DNA from: Chrysomallon squamiferum
Taxonomy: Eukaryota; Animalia; Mollusca
Length of the DNA stretch: 64,000 nucleotides
Direction: 5' to 3'
NCBI GenBank assembly: GCA_012295275.1
Contig: CM022678.1
Location: 5,642,001-5,706,000 of the forward strand
Shown one piece after another: positions 15,230 to 28,554 of the stretch. The notes below the pieces were generated by a model that was given only the letters and a program-made list of their open reading frames with translations, did not search any database and was not told the origin of the DNA. The position numbers were made by a program, and so were the translations under genes. Every line of letters begins with the position of its first letter. The stretch's first letter is position 1.

Positions 15230-15565
15230 TTTTTCTCTCGTTTAGCACAAAATATGAATTGCTTTAAATTTATTTCATTTTATTTTTTATTTATATTTGT
15301 ATTTATATTTATATTTATATTTATATTTATATTAATATTCATATTTATACTTATATATATATTTATTTATTTATTTATTTATTTAGCAAAACATATGAAT
15401 TTCTTTAAATTTCTTTTTTTGTTATTTTTGTTATTTTTTTATATTTATATTTATAAATATATTCACGTATTTATTTATAAATATATTCACGTATTTATTT
15501 ACTGTGAAATGCTAAAACCTAGACGTCCGATACAGAACATGCGTCTTGTTTAGCACACAAAATAC
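14730..15565 (+). repeat. Tandem array of a 30-50 bp core (TTTAGCACAAAATATGAATTTCTTTAAATTT) separated by variable TTTA/TTTATA microsatellite
   Basis: TATGAATT core at 14743, 14951, 15038, 15132, 15253 and 15394; degenerate copies near 14810 and 15548. Confidence 0.88.
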
Positions 15566-16120
15566 GAGGATGAATTTAATAGCAGGCGTTATCATTTTGA
15601 GTCGCAAACGTCTACCATTAATTTCAAATTGAGAGTTGCAGACGATTCCCTGAATTGCGTAGAATAAATGTCTTCTCTCACAACATCTGGGCCCTTTATC
15701 TTATAATGGTCTGGATTCCTGGAATTGATCCAAACCTTTCAGACTTTTTATTTTTTTAATTTTTTTTAATTTTTTTTTCGTCATATTTCAATTCATAAAT
15801 CAAAACTACAGAATTATTACAGCTGCCAAAAGTTTATGCACTCAAAGAATAAAGAACATGGCGATGATGATGATGATGATGATGATAATGTTGATGATGA
15901 TTGCGGTGACGATGGTGAAGATGATGACGATGATAATGATGATCAAGATGACGATGATGATGATGATGATCTCGGTTTTGATAATGAAGATGACGATGTA
16001 TTTACTATGTTATTATTTGATTGCAATAAAATGTTCTTTATCAGTGTTAAAGAAAATAAATTTATCGATACGAATGCGTTCACCTTTATTCTATCTCTCT
16101 CTTTCTTTAATTCCATGTAC

Positions 16121-16212
<92 letters not shown>

Positions 16213-16487
16213 AATGATATATGTACGTACAAAAGTATATTTTATTATCATAATATAGTCAGTTTCAAATTCTATGACATTCCTCCAAACAGACTCATTA
16301 TCATAATTTATGCTGTAAAGAAATCATGCTTCCAAATATCTTGTTTCATTAGAAAAAATATATATACATAATATTACATACAGCGTTTGAATGCATGTGT
16401 AAATATATATATATATATATACACATACACACACAACAGAACATCCATATGCATTTGTAATCATGTATACATGTTTAAAAAGACACA

Positions 16488-16530
<43 letters not shown>

Positions 16531-16795
16531 AAAAAACGGAACAGAAGTAGAACAATTCCTGCCAAGAACTGCAACGCGTAAGCTGTGTTCAGTAGCCGTC
16601 CAAAAAACGCGAGATTACGAAATCTCGTTTCCGTGATCCCGAACGGAAGGCAAGTTAGGAAAATCTTGTAAGGAACACACTGTTAATCAGAATGCGCCGT
16701 GTTTCTGATAAAAACAGCGAACCGAGTGTGAAATATCTGCCTCAACCCCTTTAATTTGCCGATGCGAGCGAGTTGGAGATGATTACCGCGTGGTT

Positions 16796-16862
<67 letters not shown>

Positions 16863-17037
16863 AGCGTGAGAGCGAAAGAACGGAAAGTACGGCGTGCTCC
16901 GATCGTAAATAACGTCGCGTTTTACGTCAGTCGTAAAAATAACGACATGAGTATGAAGGTTGATGATAACAACAACAACAACAATAATAATAATAATAAT
17001 AATAATAATATATTATATTATTATTATTATTATTATT

Positions 17038-17070
<33 letters not shown>

Positions 17071-17196
17071 ATATTTATTATTTATTCATTTATTTATTTA
17101 TTTAATTATTGTCGTTGATTTTATTATTCCTTTTGTTGCTACTGTTATTATCACTTATATATTAAAGCATATATATATATATTAAAACTTAACATA

Positions 17197-17274
<78 letters not shown>

Positions 17275-18103
17275 CGCCAATAACTAAAATATTTAGATAG
17301 TAATATGAATACAGGCAGTCTCCGGGTTTCATCATTAAAATTGTATCTACGTCGGAACATAAAATATACATTTGCACATATAGTGCAAGAATTGTCAATA
17401 CGTTTTAATGGTAGTTCATGTATATGTGCTTTGTCGTTGTGTGTATATATATATGTATATATCGAGACAGCACAAAATTAAAAACAAACTACAAAACGTT
17501 ACAGTTTTTTTTAACCTTAAGAACAGTTTTGAATGCAACGAATACATGTGTATTGCATTATACATACTTTAACGGTAGCCCATACCGTACAAGGAAAATA
17601 GTTTTAAGAAGTAAACACTAAATATTTAATAGAACGGTTTTGACTGCAGTATTGTATTAATACTGTTAGATTGTCTGTACGTACTTACAGTCGTCCATAA
17701 CCTCTGAAAACAGAGGAGATGTATGAAGATTATTATTATATATTTTACATGTTTGAATATTTTGTATCGAACGAATATATGCATACATGATATCCTAACT
17801 GTTTAAAGTCAATAAATCTTATGTACGCGTACTAAATTAAAATCTATAAAGACAGTAATAATCGGTGACAGTATGTATGTGGTAAATACTGCAAACCAAA
17901 TTTATATCAGCATAAAAAAAATCTCATATAATTATTAACAACAGAAACTATGTAACGTAGTTCTTTTTGTAAGTCGAAGACAAAAAGAACGCATGCGCAG
18001 AAGGATTAAATGTGAATAAATAACGATGGTACAAAATAGTGACGGTATATTCATAACCTCAAAGTGATGGCAGTTACAGTAGTATAAATTAATTATAATT
18101 ATG

Positions 18104-18138
<35 letters not shown>

Positions 18139-19006
18139 TGTTAATAATAATTTACTATTTTAAAACAACGATAATAACATCGTTATTGTCTACCATCCGA
18201 TATTAGAATATTCGAGCGTATCCAACAAATGTATCGATATAGATAATTGTCTATGAATAATAATTAAAATAATTAATACACAAATATATTGAGTCATCAC
18301 ACACACGCACACGCACAAACACGCGCACACACACAGCTGATACACACGAGCAGACATGATGTGGGCATGATTTGAAATAATCTGAAATGAACATAATATC
18401 GATGATATCGCATCGCGCGATATGATATAAAATCGTTATCGGGTTGTTCAGGAGAACAATGACACAACAGATATACGCGATGGTGGAATGTTACGTAAAA
18501 TAGTCACTATGTTTCGTTTGCATGTTGTAAATGTGTGTGTTTATTTGTATTTATTTATATGTAATGTTTATCTTGTTGCCTGATATGTATTATTATTGCA
18601 TGGTAATTGTTGGTATAGATGGATGGATAGAAAGATAGATAGACGGGTAGACAGACAGATAGATAGATAAATAGATAAATAGATACATAGACAGACAGAT
18701 AGATAGATAGAGAGACAAAAACATATAGACAGTGTTTGTGTGTGAGTGCCTGTACGTGTGTGCGTGTGTATGAGAGAGGGAGAGATCAAAGCTATAAAAG
18801 AAAAAGGATTGAAAGAAAAAAAAATATTTAAATTAAAAGGTTAACGTCATCAGAAAAATACTTATCACAAATAACATCAACATTATTATTAATTGAAACG
18901 AACAGCAATAACTGTAACAACAAAAATAATAAGAAATAAATCCATGCAGTTACAAAACAAAACAAAAAATTAAAATACAAATAATAATGATACGAAATTT
19001 TCATAC

Positions 19007-19043
19007 CTTTGGCACTGGAACAAAAACAACTCCACGTCGTCCA
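19007..19043 (-). other. Candidate 37-nt exon (with nested 8-nt micro-exon option)
   Basis: Minus strand reads TTCTACTCTTCTTAG|TGGACGACGTGGAGTTGTTTTTGTTCCAGTGCCAAAG|GTATGA and is open in all three frames. Confidence 0.22.
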
Positions 19044-19590
19044 CTAAGAAGAGTAGAATTTTTATATTTTTATCTTATTTTCCCACACAATTAAGTACAT
19101 CCCAACTTACTAAACAGGCCAACTTTCGCAGAGCTACACCAAGTTCCCTTCAACCGTGCCGCTTCTCAAACAAACCATTGACCGGGAAACCCTGGTACGT
19201 CGACTGGTTCACCTCGCTTGTTACGATTTAATTAACAATTCTCTTGTACCACCCCGCAGACAAACGACTGCGGTGCCGGTCCCTTGGGTGGATCCGATTT
19301 TTGCCCGCGAGTTTTCACGTGCAGTCTTTTCGCGTCACTTTTGACGTTCGGGTTACGTAATCTCGAAAGCGTTGTGTGTGTGTGTGTGTTGTGTTTGTGT
19401 GTGTGAAACTTGAAGATTTTCTCACTCAATGTTGTAATGATGTTTTCAGATGATTACAATGATAGATGTGCGGTTAGGAAGTATTTGTTAATAGAATTAA
19501 TTTTTTTCGTTCGGTATACTCTATAATAAATTATACATAACGATGCTGCTAAAAATATTTAATATCGAAGAATATAATTTATTAGTTTAG

Positions 19591-19622
<32 letters not shown>

Positions 19623-20158
19623 ACATACATACATACATACACACATACATATATATATACATACATACATATATACATACATACATATATATATACATAC
19701 ATATAATGTCAAAGTATTTTCTTTAATTTCTTACATAACTTTTAATGATGTTTTATTTCGTATAATATAATTCTTCAGTGTAATGGTATCGAGAATTATA
19801 ATAGTATTAATATTTTATCATTTTCATTTCTTCTTCTCTTTTCTGCTTCTTCTTCTTCTTCTTCAGTTCAATATAAACAACTCGAATTCTTTGCCACTGT
19901 TAGCATGCTTGAATCTCAAACGAAAATACAACAACACGTTAGTGTTTCAGAGCACTGGGATGGTAACAGAGGGGGAAAATGTCGGCTGTTGTTTCTGTGG
20001 GAATGGCAGAAACTCCTAGGGTTATTACAGACGGGGTGCTTGTTGAAAACTTCATGGAAAATTAAGCTGAGGATGGGTTACAGTCGGTTTGGAATTTAAA
20101 TTATGGTCGTAAGGTCGATAATGTGAATTTTAAATTGTCAAATATGTGTAATGTTTTT

Positions 20159-20189
<31 letters not shown>

Positions 20190-20253
20190 TACTTATATAA
20201 GCAGCGTAATAATAATAATAATAATAATAATAATAGTAGGAGTAGGAGTAGGA

Positions 20254-20286
<33 letters not shown>

Positions 20287-21512
20287 ATAGTAGTAGTAGT
20301 AGTAGTAATAATAATAATGGCGATGATGATGATGATGACGATAATGGCAACAGTAACAATAAAGATGATAAAAAAGAAAACAGCAGCAGTAGCGACAACA
20401 ACAGCATTATAATAATAATAACAACAACAACAACATCAACAATAAGAGGAAGAACAACAACAACAACGACAAATGATGATTTTGAGGCTACTGATAGTGG
20501 TTCACGATGTTGATAACGTTGTTGGTAATGGTGATAACAACAACAATGTAATTACGGTTACGTTATTGATAAGATTACGACAAGGATGATATAGAGATCG
20601 CGACAGTGACAATGACGTCGATGACAACACGTTAACAAATACATCAGTTTTTTTAAATAAAAATTTAAAATATTTAAGATTAATTTTTAAATCATCATTA
20701 TGCTCTGTAAGAAAAAAAAAAAAATAAAATAAATAATAAAATAAGAATTTAACGGTGAATGCTGGCGATTATAATTTTTCTTCTTTTTCCTCTTGTTCCT
20801 TCTACGTTTCTTCCTTTTATTCTTCTTCTCCTTCTTTTCTTCTTCTTCTTCTTCTTCTTCTTTGTTCGGTGCTCCTATTACTCACGATCTTGTAAACATT
20901 TCCAAAACGAGGTCTAGTGTTCTCCAAACGATCCCCTGGGTGGACGGGCTACTTGTGCCACCGGAAGCCGCGGCGTTGCCCTGGGTAACAGCGCGCCCGT
21001 GCGACGATCAGCGGCCGCAGTTGACAGGGGAGATAACCTCGTGTCAATCTCCCGAGCCGATATCGCTTTGATAATCCCACTAAAAGACTAATATAGAACA
21101 ACAAACATTTAGTTTGTGCTTGTTTTATGCGCAAGCGTAACCCCGAAAGGGCACATCTGAGGAAAAAAATAAAAATAGTGTTTTCGTCGTGGTATTTTTT
21201 TTTTTTTTTTTTTTTTTAGTTTGCGAAAAAAACAATTAGCTAACACGAGGCATTATCGCATCGAGGACGTACTTGAGTGTCGATAAGAGTTGACGATATT
21301 GATAATTACGATAATAGTGTAACGTCACGCGAGGTCAGTGCAGACAGTGTTAAAGTTAATGCAGTTACTGTAGTGTGTTAATCTTCTTCTTTCTTCTTCT
21401 TTTTTTCACGCGATTCAAGTATATTTATTATTTTTATTTTTATTTTATTTTTTTATTATTATTAATATTATTATTATTATTATTATTATCATAATCATCA
21501 TTATTATTATTA

Positions 21513-21550
<38 letters not shown>

Positions 21551-22408
21551 ACACTGATTTTTCTGTTCTAATTTCCTTATTATATTATGATTTATCATCA
21601 TCATCATCACCATCGTCATCGTCATCATCGTTATCATCATCATCACCATCGTCATCGTCAACATCGTCATCATCATCATCATTATTATTATTATTATTAT
21701 TAATCTTATTTTTCTTTTTTTCTTTTCCATTTTTTAATCTACTATTTTATACTTTTTGAGGGCTTTCTTCAGTTTTTGTTGGATTCTTTCTTTTTCCCAT
21801 TGTTTCCATTGTTATTTTACTTCCATCTTTTTTTCTTATTCTAACACCCCTTATTTTATTCACTTTTTATTTTAATTTAAAATTTAATTTAATTTAAAAC
21901 ATTCTTTTTTTTTTTTTTTTCGTTTTCACCCACCCCACCCCATCTTCATCCTAACAAATTTTCTATCTCACGCCTTTTTTTCCATCCGCATTCCTTCACT
22001 TTATTATATTTTCTGGTCTCTTGCCTACAAGATGCCACTCGTTCAACCCCGATCACGATGCGCAATCCTAAAATCAAGTGAACCGTTTAACTGGGAGAGG
22101 GAACATTTGGCTTCTTTTTTTTTTTTAACTGAAGACATTTTTAATTCAGGCAGAAATTTTTCTAAACTGGGAAAAACAGGACTTGGCTAGAAAGAGAGAA
22201 CATAAGACTTCGTTAGTTTGCAGGGTCAGTACCTCGCTACCGCAGTCTGGATTGTGTTTTATTCCGTTCACTGTTCTGTTTCTATCAACGTCCTGTTTGT
22301 GGGAAGGTGTTTATAAAAGGTTTTAATGTTGCTAATAATTACTAGAGTGTATCAGATTTTCTGGTCTCTGAACATGGTTATATAATAATAATAATAATAA
22401 TAATAATC

Positions 22409-22440
<32 letters not shown>

Positions 22441-23299
22441 GATAATAATAATAATGATAATAATAATAATAATACAATAACAACAACAAAAACAACAATA
22501 AGAACAACCTCAACAACTATAACAATAACCATTATCATAATGATAATAAAATAAATAATGATACGTGCATACATGCATGCATACATACAAACATACATAC
22601 ATACATACATACATACATACATACATACTCACACACATTCATATATATAAAAGAATATTGTTATTGTTATTATTAGTAATAAAACCTTAATTAATTAAGA
22701 AATAAAATAACTAAGTAAGTAAGTAAATAAAATAAATAATAAATAAAGGTTCATTCTGGGATTTCGAAACCAGTTTTACTTTTCTCTGTACACGCCATTT
22801 GTGTACCAGATAATGTCATGGATACACGAATTCTACAGTCAACTAATTAAAAATGTTTTTAAAATCTTTAACTGGCTCTTTAACGATCACCTTCCCTGTG
22901 CCAGATGACGAAACTGACAGCGACCAGTGACGTTTTAGTGACGTCACAGCCCATTATCCCCGTGTCTCGTTGTTTCCATCACTCGTCGCCGAATCGAGAC
23001 GCTTGGCTGTACGAGAATTACGCGCCTTGCGCGAGAACGTGACGTAAGAGCCGACACGAAAACGAACGGGATGATGGACTGCAGGCCGGTTTCACTTCTG
23101 CAGCCAACTTTGCTTTGCACTGCCTCGTTCGTCATAATTAACAAACACCGGGTAATCAAAGTGACGCGGTTTGTCCACAACTTGTTTGAGTAACCAACAA
23201 CAGGTGGTTCTTCCCCGTCCACGAAATGACGTCTGCGTCGAGTCAATTAGACAGCTACGTCATCGTAATGGCTTTATCCGATTTTAACACTCGATTGTG

Positions 23300-23313
23300 G
23301 CGCCCCCTGCCGG
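23300..23313 (-). promoter_or_regulatory. CTCF core motif match
   Basis: Minus strand reads CCGGCAGGGGGCGC, close to the CCASYAGRKGGCRS consensus. Confidence 0.5.
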
Positions 23314-23394
23314 TCGGTACTCTCGAAACCACCCCACCCCTCACCCCCCACCCACCCCCCAAAAAAGTGTTGTGGATGGGTTATGGTTTTGTCA

Positions 23395-23810
23395 AGCATT
23401 CGACATGAAAGCTAAAATAAAGGGTTTTTTTTATACGAATGTTGACCTACAGAGGTATTTCTTCGAAATATCTAAAAAAATATATATATATATATTTAAT
23501 GATGACTTCAAAAGAAAAATGGAATTAAAAGCCATTAGTATTTTATATATCTTGCCCTTTCATTAGAAGTTTACCAGTTTAGAAATATATAAATTAATTT
23601 ACATAGATTCTGACCATCAAAAGGATATTTGAAATAGAATTTAAAATCATTTTCAGAGCAAAGTTGGCCTTCAAAAGAAAGATTCGACATAAAAGTTGAG
23701 TAGTTCACGCCGATTTTGACCTTCGAGAGAAGATTCGACTTTTCAAGAGTATTCTGAAACGAAATTTGACCGTCAAAATTTAATACGACACTTGGGACTC
23801 GACAATAAAA
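23395..23810 (+). repeat. Highly degenerate short-period repeat (TTGACC.TCAAAAG..A.ATTCGAC)
   Basis: Recurrent TGACC and ATTCGAC words, e.g. at 23398, 23442, 23611, 23682, 23717, 23733 and 23767. Confidence 0.55.
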
Positions 23811-24157
23811 ACAGGAAGATTCTTGAAGCGCTAATCAAGCAGTTTAAATGGCCAGTTTCTTAGAATTGCCAGAGATAATAACTTACTAAAATTCTTAACA
23901 TTCAGTTTCTTAAATCAGATGTTAATCATTTTGCTCTGATTTCTAGAATAGTTATTAAACATATAGTTACTTTTGAAGATAAAAAAAAAAAAAAAAACAT
24001 TGACAGTGTTTCAGTTATCATTTATCTTTGAAAATAAACGATTATTTTCCTGAATATTCAGATTTATTTATTTGTTTGTTTATGTATTACTGTTGTTCCT
24101 GTTGTTGGTGAAATTGATGTTTATATCCATTAAAGAAAACGTTGTTATTATTCAAAA

Positions 24158-24320
24158 TCCCTTTTAAAAGCATAGGTCAATTAATATTAAATATTTAAAA
24201 AAAAAACAGGTCAGACATAAATCTTTTAAAAACACAGGTCAAACATGTCTCCATTAACCCCTTTTAAAAAAAAAAACGTAGGTCAAATAAATATCCTTTA
24301 AAAAGCCTAAGTTAAAAACA
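24158..24320 (+). repeat. Degenerate minisatellite (28-44 bp spacing) with AGGTCA in each unit
   Basis: TTT(T)AAAA..AGGTCA units; AGGTCA at 24174, 24208, 24236 and 24280. Confidence 0.75.
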
Positions 24321-24826
24321 CCAAACCTGATACAGTTTAAGAGACTATAAATATTCCGCAGACCCTTTAAGTGAAAGTTTGAAACTCTCAGAGTGTTTTC
24401 TCTTGTATCTGTATCATATTTCCCCTCCTGCAAAAACCCCATGGGTGATCCGCTCTGTACAGAATTCCTACAACCACATTCTTTCCAATTTACGTGTTTT
24501 GAAATTACTTTTTTTCTTCTTCTTCTTTTTCTTAATTTTTTCACCATTTTCTTTTCTTTTTTTTTTCTTTTTTTTTTTTCTTTTTTTCATTTCACTAGCT
24601 GTAGGTGATGGGTAAGTTTGTGGTCACTGCGTACGAAACTACGGGCTAAAAACAGGGGATTAGCTTTGTCAGTCTCGTGAAATTCTTCTTCTTTTCGGAT
24701 ACGAAACCGTGACGTATAAATTGGCTTCGCTGATTAGCTCTGCATGTCGAGTTCCGACATGGCAAGTATTGTTAGTGGGTGGGGAGGGGTGAAAGGAGAG
24801 GGGGGTGAATCAACAAGAAAGGTGTG

Positions 24827-24860
<34 letters not shown>

Positions 24861-25049
24861 AATGTGGCAAAATCCTAGATGTTTTATTTATAGTATAAAT
24901 TCTGAGGTCAAACCAGTTCATGGGTTATTTACAGAAATAAAGCTGAGAAAAAAAAAATAATAAAACAAGAAAGAAGTTAAAGTCTTATGGACATGAAGAA
25001 TATGAGAAAATATTTAATATAAAGGAGAAAATGTGCTAACAACTATTGT

Positions 25050-25077
25050 TATGATCATCATCATCACATCATTATTA

Positions 25078-25171
<94 letters not shown>

Positions 25172-25241
25172 CATTATTATTATTGTTATTATTATTATTA
25201 ACAGAAAACTTTCATATATCCAAATTTCTAATATCTTTAGC

Positions 25242-25318
<77 letters not shown>

Positions 25319-25340
25319 CAGTAATAGAGTAGTAATAGTA
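25050..25340. repeat. (ATT)n and (TAG)n trinucleotide microsatellites
   Basis: Directly visible. Confidence 0.97.
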
Positions 25341-25634
25341 GCTGGTGTTATTAGTAATATATTAGAATATATTATTTACAAATAAAACCCTGCTGAAGTT
25401 GTTGATAACAATAGTGCATGGGCAGTTGAGGTGGTAGTAGTAGCAGTAGTAGTTGTAGAACAACAGTAGACATTAATCATAAAGCTCTAAAATAATCTGA
25501 ACAAATTATACACTGAAAAAAAAAAAAATAACATCCACCAAAATCACAAAAAAAACAACAACAATAATAAAATAATATAAACTTTCACCCAGAATAAACA
25601 CAATTCACAAGCGACGCAAAAAAAAAAAAAATCA

Positions 25635-25717
25635 GCATAATTTATATTGACTAATAAACATAATTTATGCCGGGCAACGAACACAATATTACGACAGCTA
25701 ATGAACATAATTTATGA
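25635..25717. promoter_or_regulatory. Cluster of three CATAATTTAT(G) sites (POU/homeodomain-like)
   Basis: Sites at 25635, 25659 and 25706, matching or one base off GCATAAWTTAT. Confidence 0.4.
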
Positions 25718-26659
25718 GGACACTAGCGCTGACGCGATGAACTTATAATTCTCCTTGGCAACCACTGCAAATGTTTAAGGCTCCGAGCCGAATTCAGTTC
25801 TCACGGGAAAAGAACGAAAGGCAGACTTCTGACAACAGTCAGGGCTTGATGAAGACACTTTATTTAACGACGATTCCTAATTTTCAGCCACTTGCGAGCT
25901 CAAGAGAGTAGTGCAACCTGCGAGGAACTCTTCACGTCGGGGAGATAAAGTTTTAGTAGACTGGTCTCTAAGGGGAAAAGGGAGGGGGGACACAGGGGCG
26001 TTGTTTGTGAGCGTACGTTTTATTATTTGTCCCGTGTGTGTGTGAGAAAGAAAGGTTGTTTGTTTAAATTTATCTTTATTTTAATATGCTGTATGTTGTT
26101 GTTGTTGTGTTTTAGTTACAGTTTTTAGTTTTAGTTAAATAATTTTTTATTTTTTAATTCAAGTCTTCGACCATTCCTTCATTTTACATATATATATATA
26201 TATATTTTCTTTTTCTGCTATAAATTTTTTTATGCCTAGAAAAATAGAGGAGAGAAAATAATTAAAGATACTTTTGGAATTATTTTCTACAGAAAAAGAT
26301 AAAAGAAAGAAAGAATGAAATAGTAACGTCCATACAAAAAAAAGAGTTTTAAAAACACTTTAACTATAGAGCGATAAAAGAAAACAAAACTAAGAAAAAT
26401 ATACTTAAAAAAAAAACACAAAGAAAGAAATAAATAAACCACAAAATAGTAATATATTTCAAAACAGAGAATATGGCGTAAATCCAGCAAACAAAATCCC
26501 GAAAAACAAAAAAAAACAACAACGAGCGCTTATCATTATTTTCTTATTAAATATAATTATAGCAAATAAACTAAATATTTAGATTACAGTTTATAGTATT
26601 TTGAACACAACATATCTAGCAAAACGTCTCCATTAATATAAAAGCTGAATTTAAAAATA

Positions 26660-26698
<39 letters not shown>

Positions 26699-27180
26699 AT
26701 CAGAAAACTGAGAACAGGAATAATGCCAAATATCACATAAGTGTCATTAGTAGACTCTTAAGGATAAAATTTCTAAAAAAAAAAATAAGAAGAAAAAAAA
26801 AAAAAAAAACACCCCAAAAGTCTTCATATTCACTTACTCAACAGATGATTAATTTTGAGCTTTATATAAATAAAAGTTCGAGTACAAATGGTCACACAAG
26901 CTAATACACTGACTAGTCATATAATAGAAAATTATAGAAATAGTCATGCATATATCATTTATCCGGTAAGCTTGGACCCGGACATGACCCGGATCCGGAT
27001 TTTCCCCTATTCTCGATCAAGATTTAATACATACTCAAACTTTAAAATAAACAATTAAAAGTAAAGAATGAAACTGTATTTAACAGGCACCATTTAACAT
27101 ACTCCTAAAGTTGGTTTTCTGAAATCCGGATAAAATTAATGGTCTGTGGTTATGCACTCAAATATTTATCAAACAGTTCT

Positions 27181-27340
27181 GATCAGATATCGATAATGGG
27201 TAACGATCCCATTAGGTAAAGCCTCAATATCTATTAATTAAGTATCGATCCAACCAATAAACGCGCAAAATCATAAATTACGTTGCGATCAGATATCGAT
27301 AGGGGGAACTGAACCCATTACCTAAAGCTTGGAAATCTAG
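27181..27340 (+). repeat. Two diverged ~53-bp direct repeats 106 bp apart, each containing TATCGATA
   Basis: GATCAGATATCGATA..GGG.AAC..CCCATTA..TAAAGC.T...ATCTA at 27181 and 27287. Confidence 0.85.
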
Positions 27341-27544
27341 CCTTAACTAATCTGACACAGAAAAAAAAAGAAAAAAAAGACAGAAATTCAAATGGCCTTA
27401 ACGTACACCAAAAATGAAACTTATTACCGGACTTCAAAACGAGGCTGTACTTTTATTCCTTTCGGTTCATTCCCTTTTTTAATTGAAGAGGAGTGCCAAT
27501 CCGACGTCAGAATTAACTCCCCTTGGAGAGCGCCGTCGGGAAAA

Positions 27545-27715
27545 ATAAACTGGCGTAACCGGACTCAACGGGTGTTTGTGTAAAATAATTTCTTTTTAAT
27601 TTCCTCCTTATTTCACAATTATTTAGTGGAAAGTGTAAAGATGCGAAGCGAATTACGCTGTCACTCGAGTTAATTTTGTAGTATTAACAGCGTACTTGTC
27701 TAGTTAGTGTGTTTG
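27545..27715 (+). repeat. Dispersed duplicated segment, copy 1 (copy 2 at about 34633-34760)
   Basis: Shared collinear blocks AACGGGTGT(T/C)TGTGTAAAATAATTTCTT, GAAGCGAATTACG and TACTT(G/A)TCTA(G/T)TTAGTG. Confidence 0.85.
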
Positions 27716-28016
27716 TTTCTTTCTTCATTCGTTTTATTTATTTTATTTATTTGTTTGTTTCGTTTCGTTTCGTTTCGTTTTGTTCATTTACTTATTTACT
27801 TATTTGTTTGTATGGTTCATTTATTTATTTATTTGTTCATTTGTTCATTTTTTTTTATTATTATTATTATTATTATATATATTATTATTTTTTTGTTGTT
27901 GTTGTTGTTTTTGGTTGATTGGTTGGTTGATATTTTTTTTTGTTTCATTTTTTTTCGTTTCTTTAGTTTATTTATTACTTATAGATAGATTATTTTACTA
28001 TTTGACATTAACAGTA

Positions 28017-28066
<50 letters not shown>

Positions 28067-28460
28067 ACTGTCACTCAGTCTCTCTCTCTCTTTCTCTCCC
28101 TCTCTGTTTCACACTCTCTTTCTGTCTCTCTGTCTCTCTTTCTCACACATAACAAAGAGAAAATCTTTCGTTGCTATAAAAAGAAATAATGTTGATCTCT
28201 CCGAACTTCATATCAACGGTAGGTAACTCTAAATCTTCAGTTAAACAACACACCCAAGTAAATAGGTGTGGCGTTATGAGAAACATCGATGTGCTAAAAA
28301 TGTATTATATGTGGATTACAAAATAATTATAAAGTAATATAGCTTCAGGGTGTTTGCAAAAGTAGCTTTGAAAAATTAGGTAGTATTACTGGAGATATTA
28401 ATAAAAAGTATTTGAGATATAAGGTTAGGAACTGAAAATGAAAAATAACTTAAGAACAAA

Positions 28461-28554
<94 letters not shown>

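Noticed and set aside
14730-15565. CRISPR-like repeat/spacer appearance (also 2079-2600 and 40770-41810)
   Set aside because: Repeats are degenerate, spacers are SSR or variable in length, the context is eukaryotic and there are no cas-like ORFs.
15860-16000. Acidic poly-Asp ORF
   Set aside because: It is a (GAT)n microsatellite that runs into further SSRs, with no exon structure.
22944-23246. Non-repetitive ~100-aa ORFs in islands (also 53954-54253 +, 34186-34473 -, 42194-42436 -)
   Set aside because: No recognisable domain or convincing splice boundaries, and this length is attainable by chance in GC-richer islands. A BLAST hit would reopen them.
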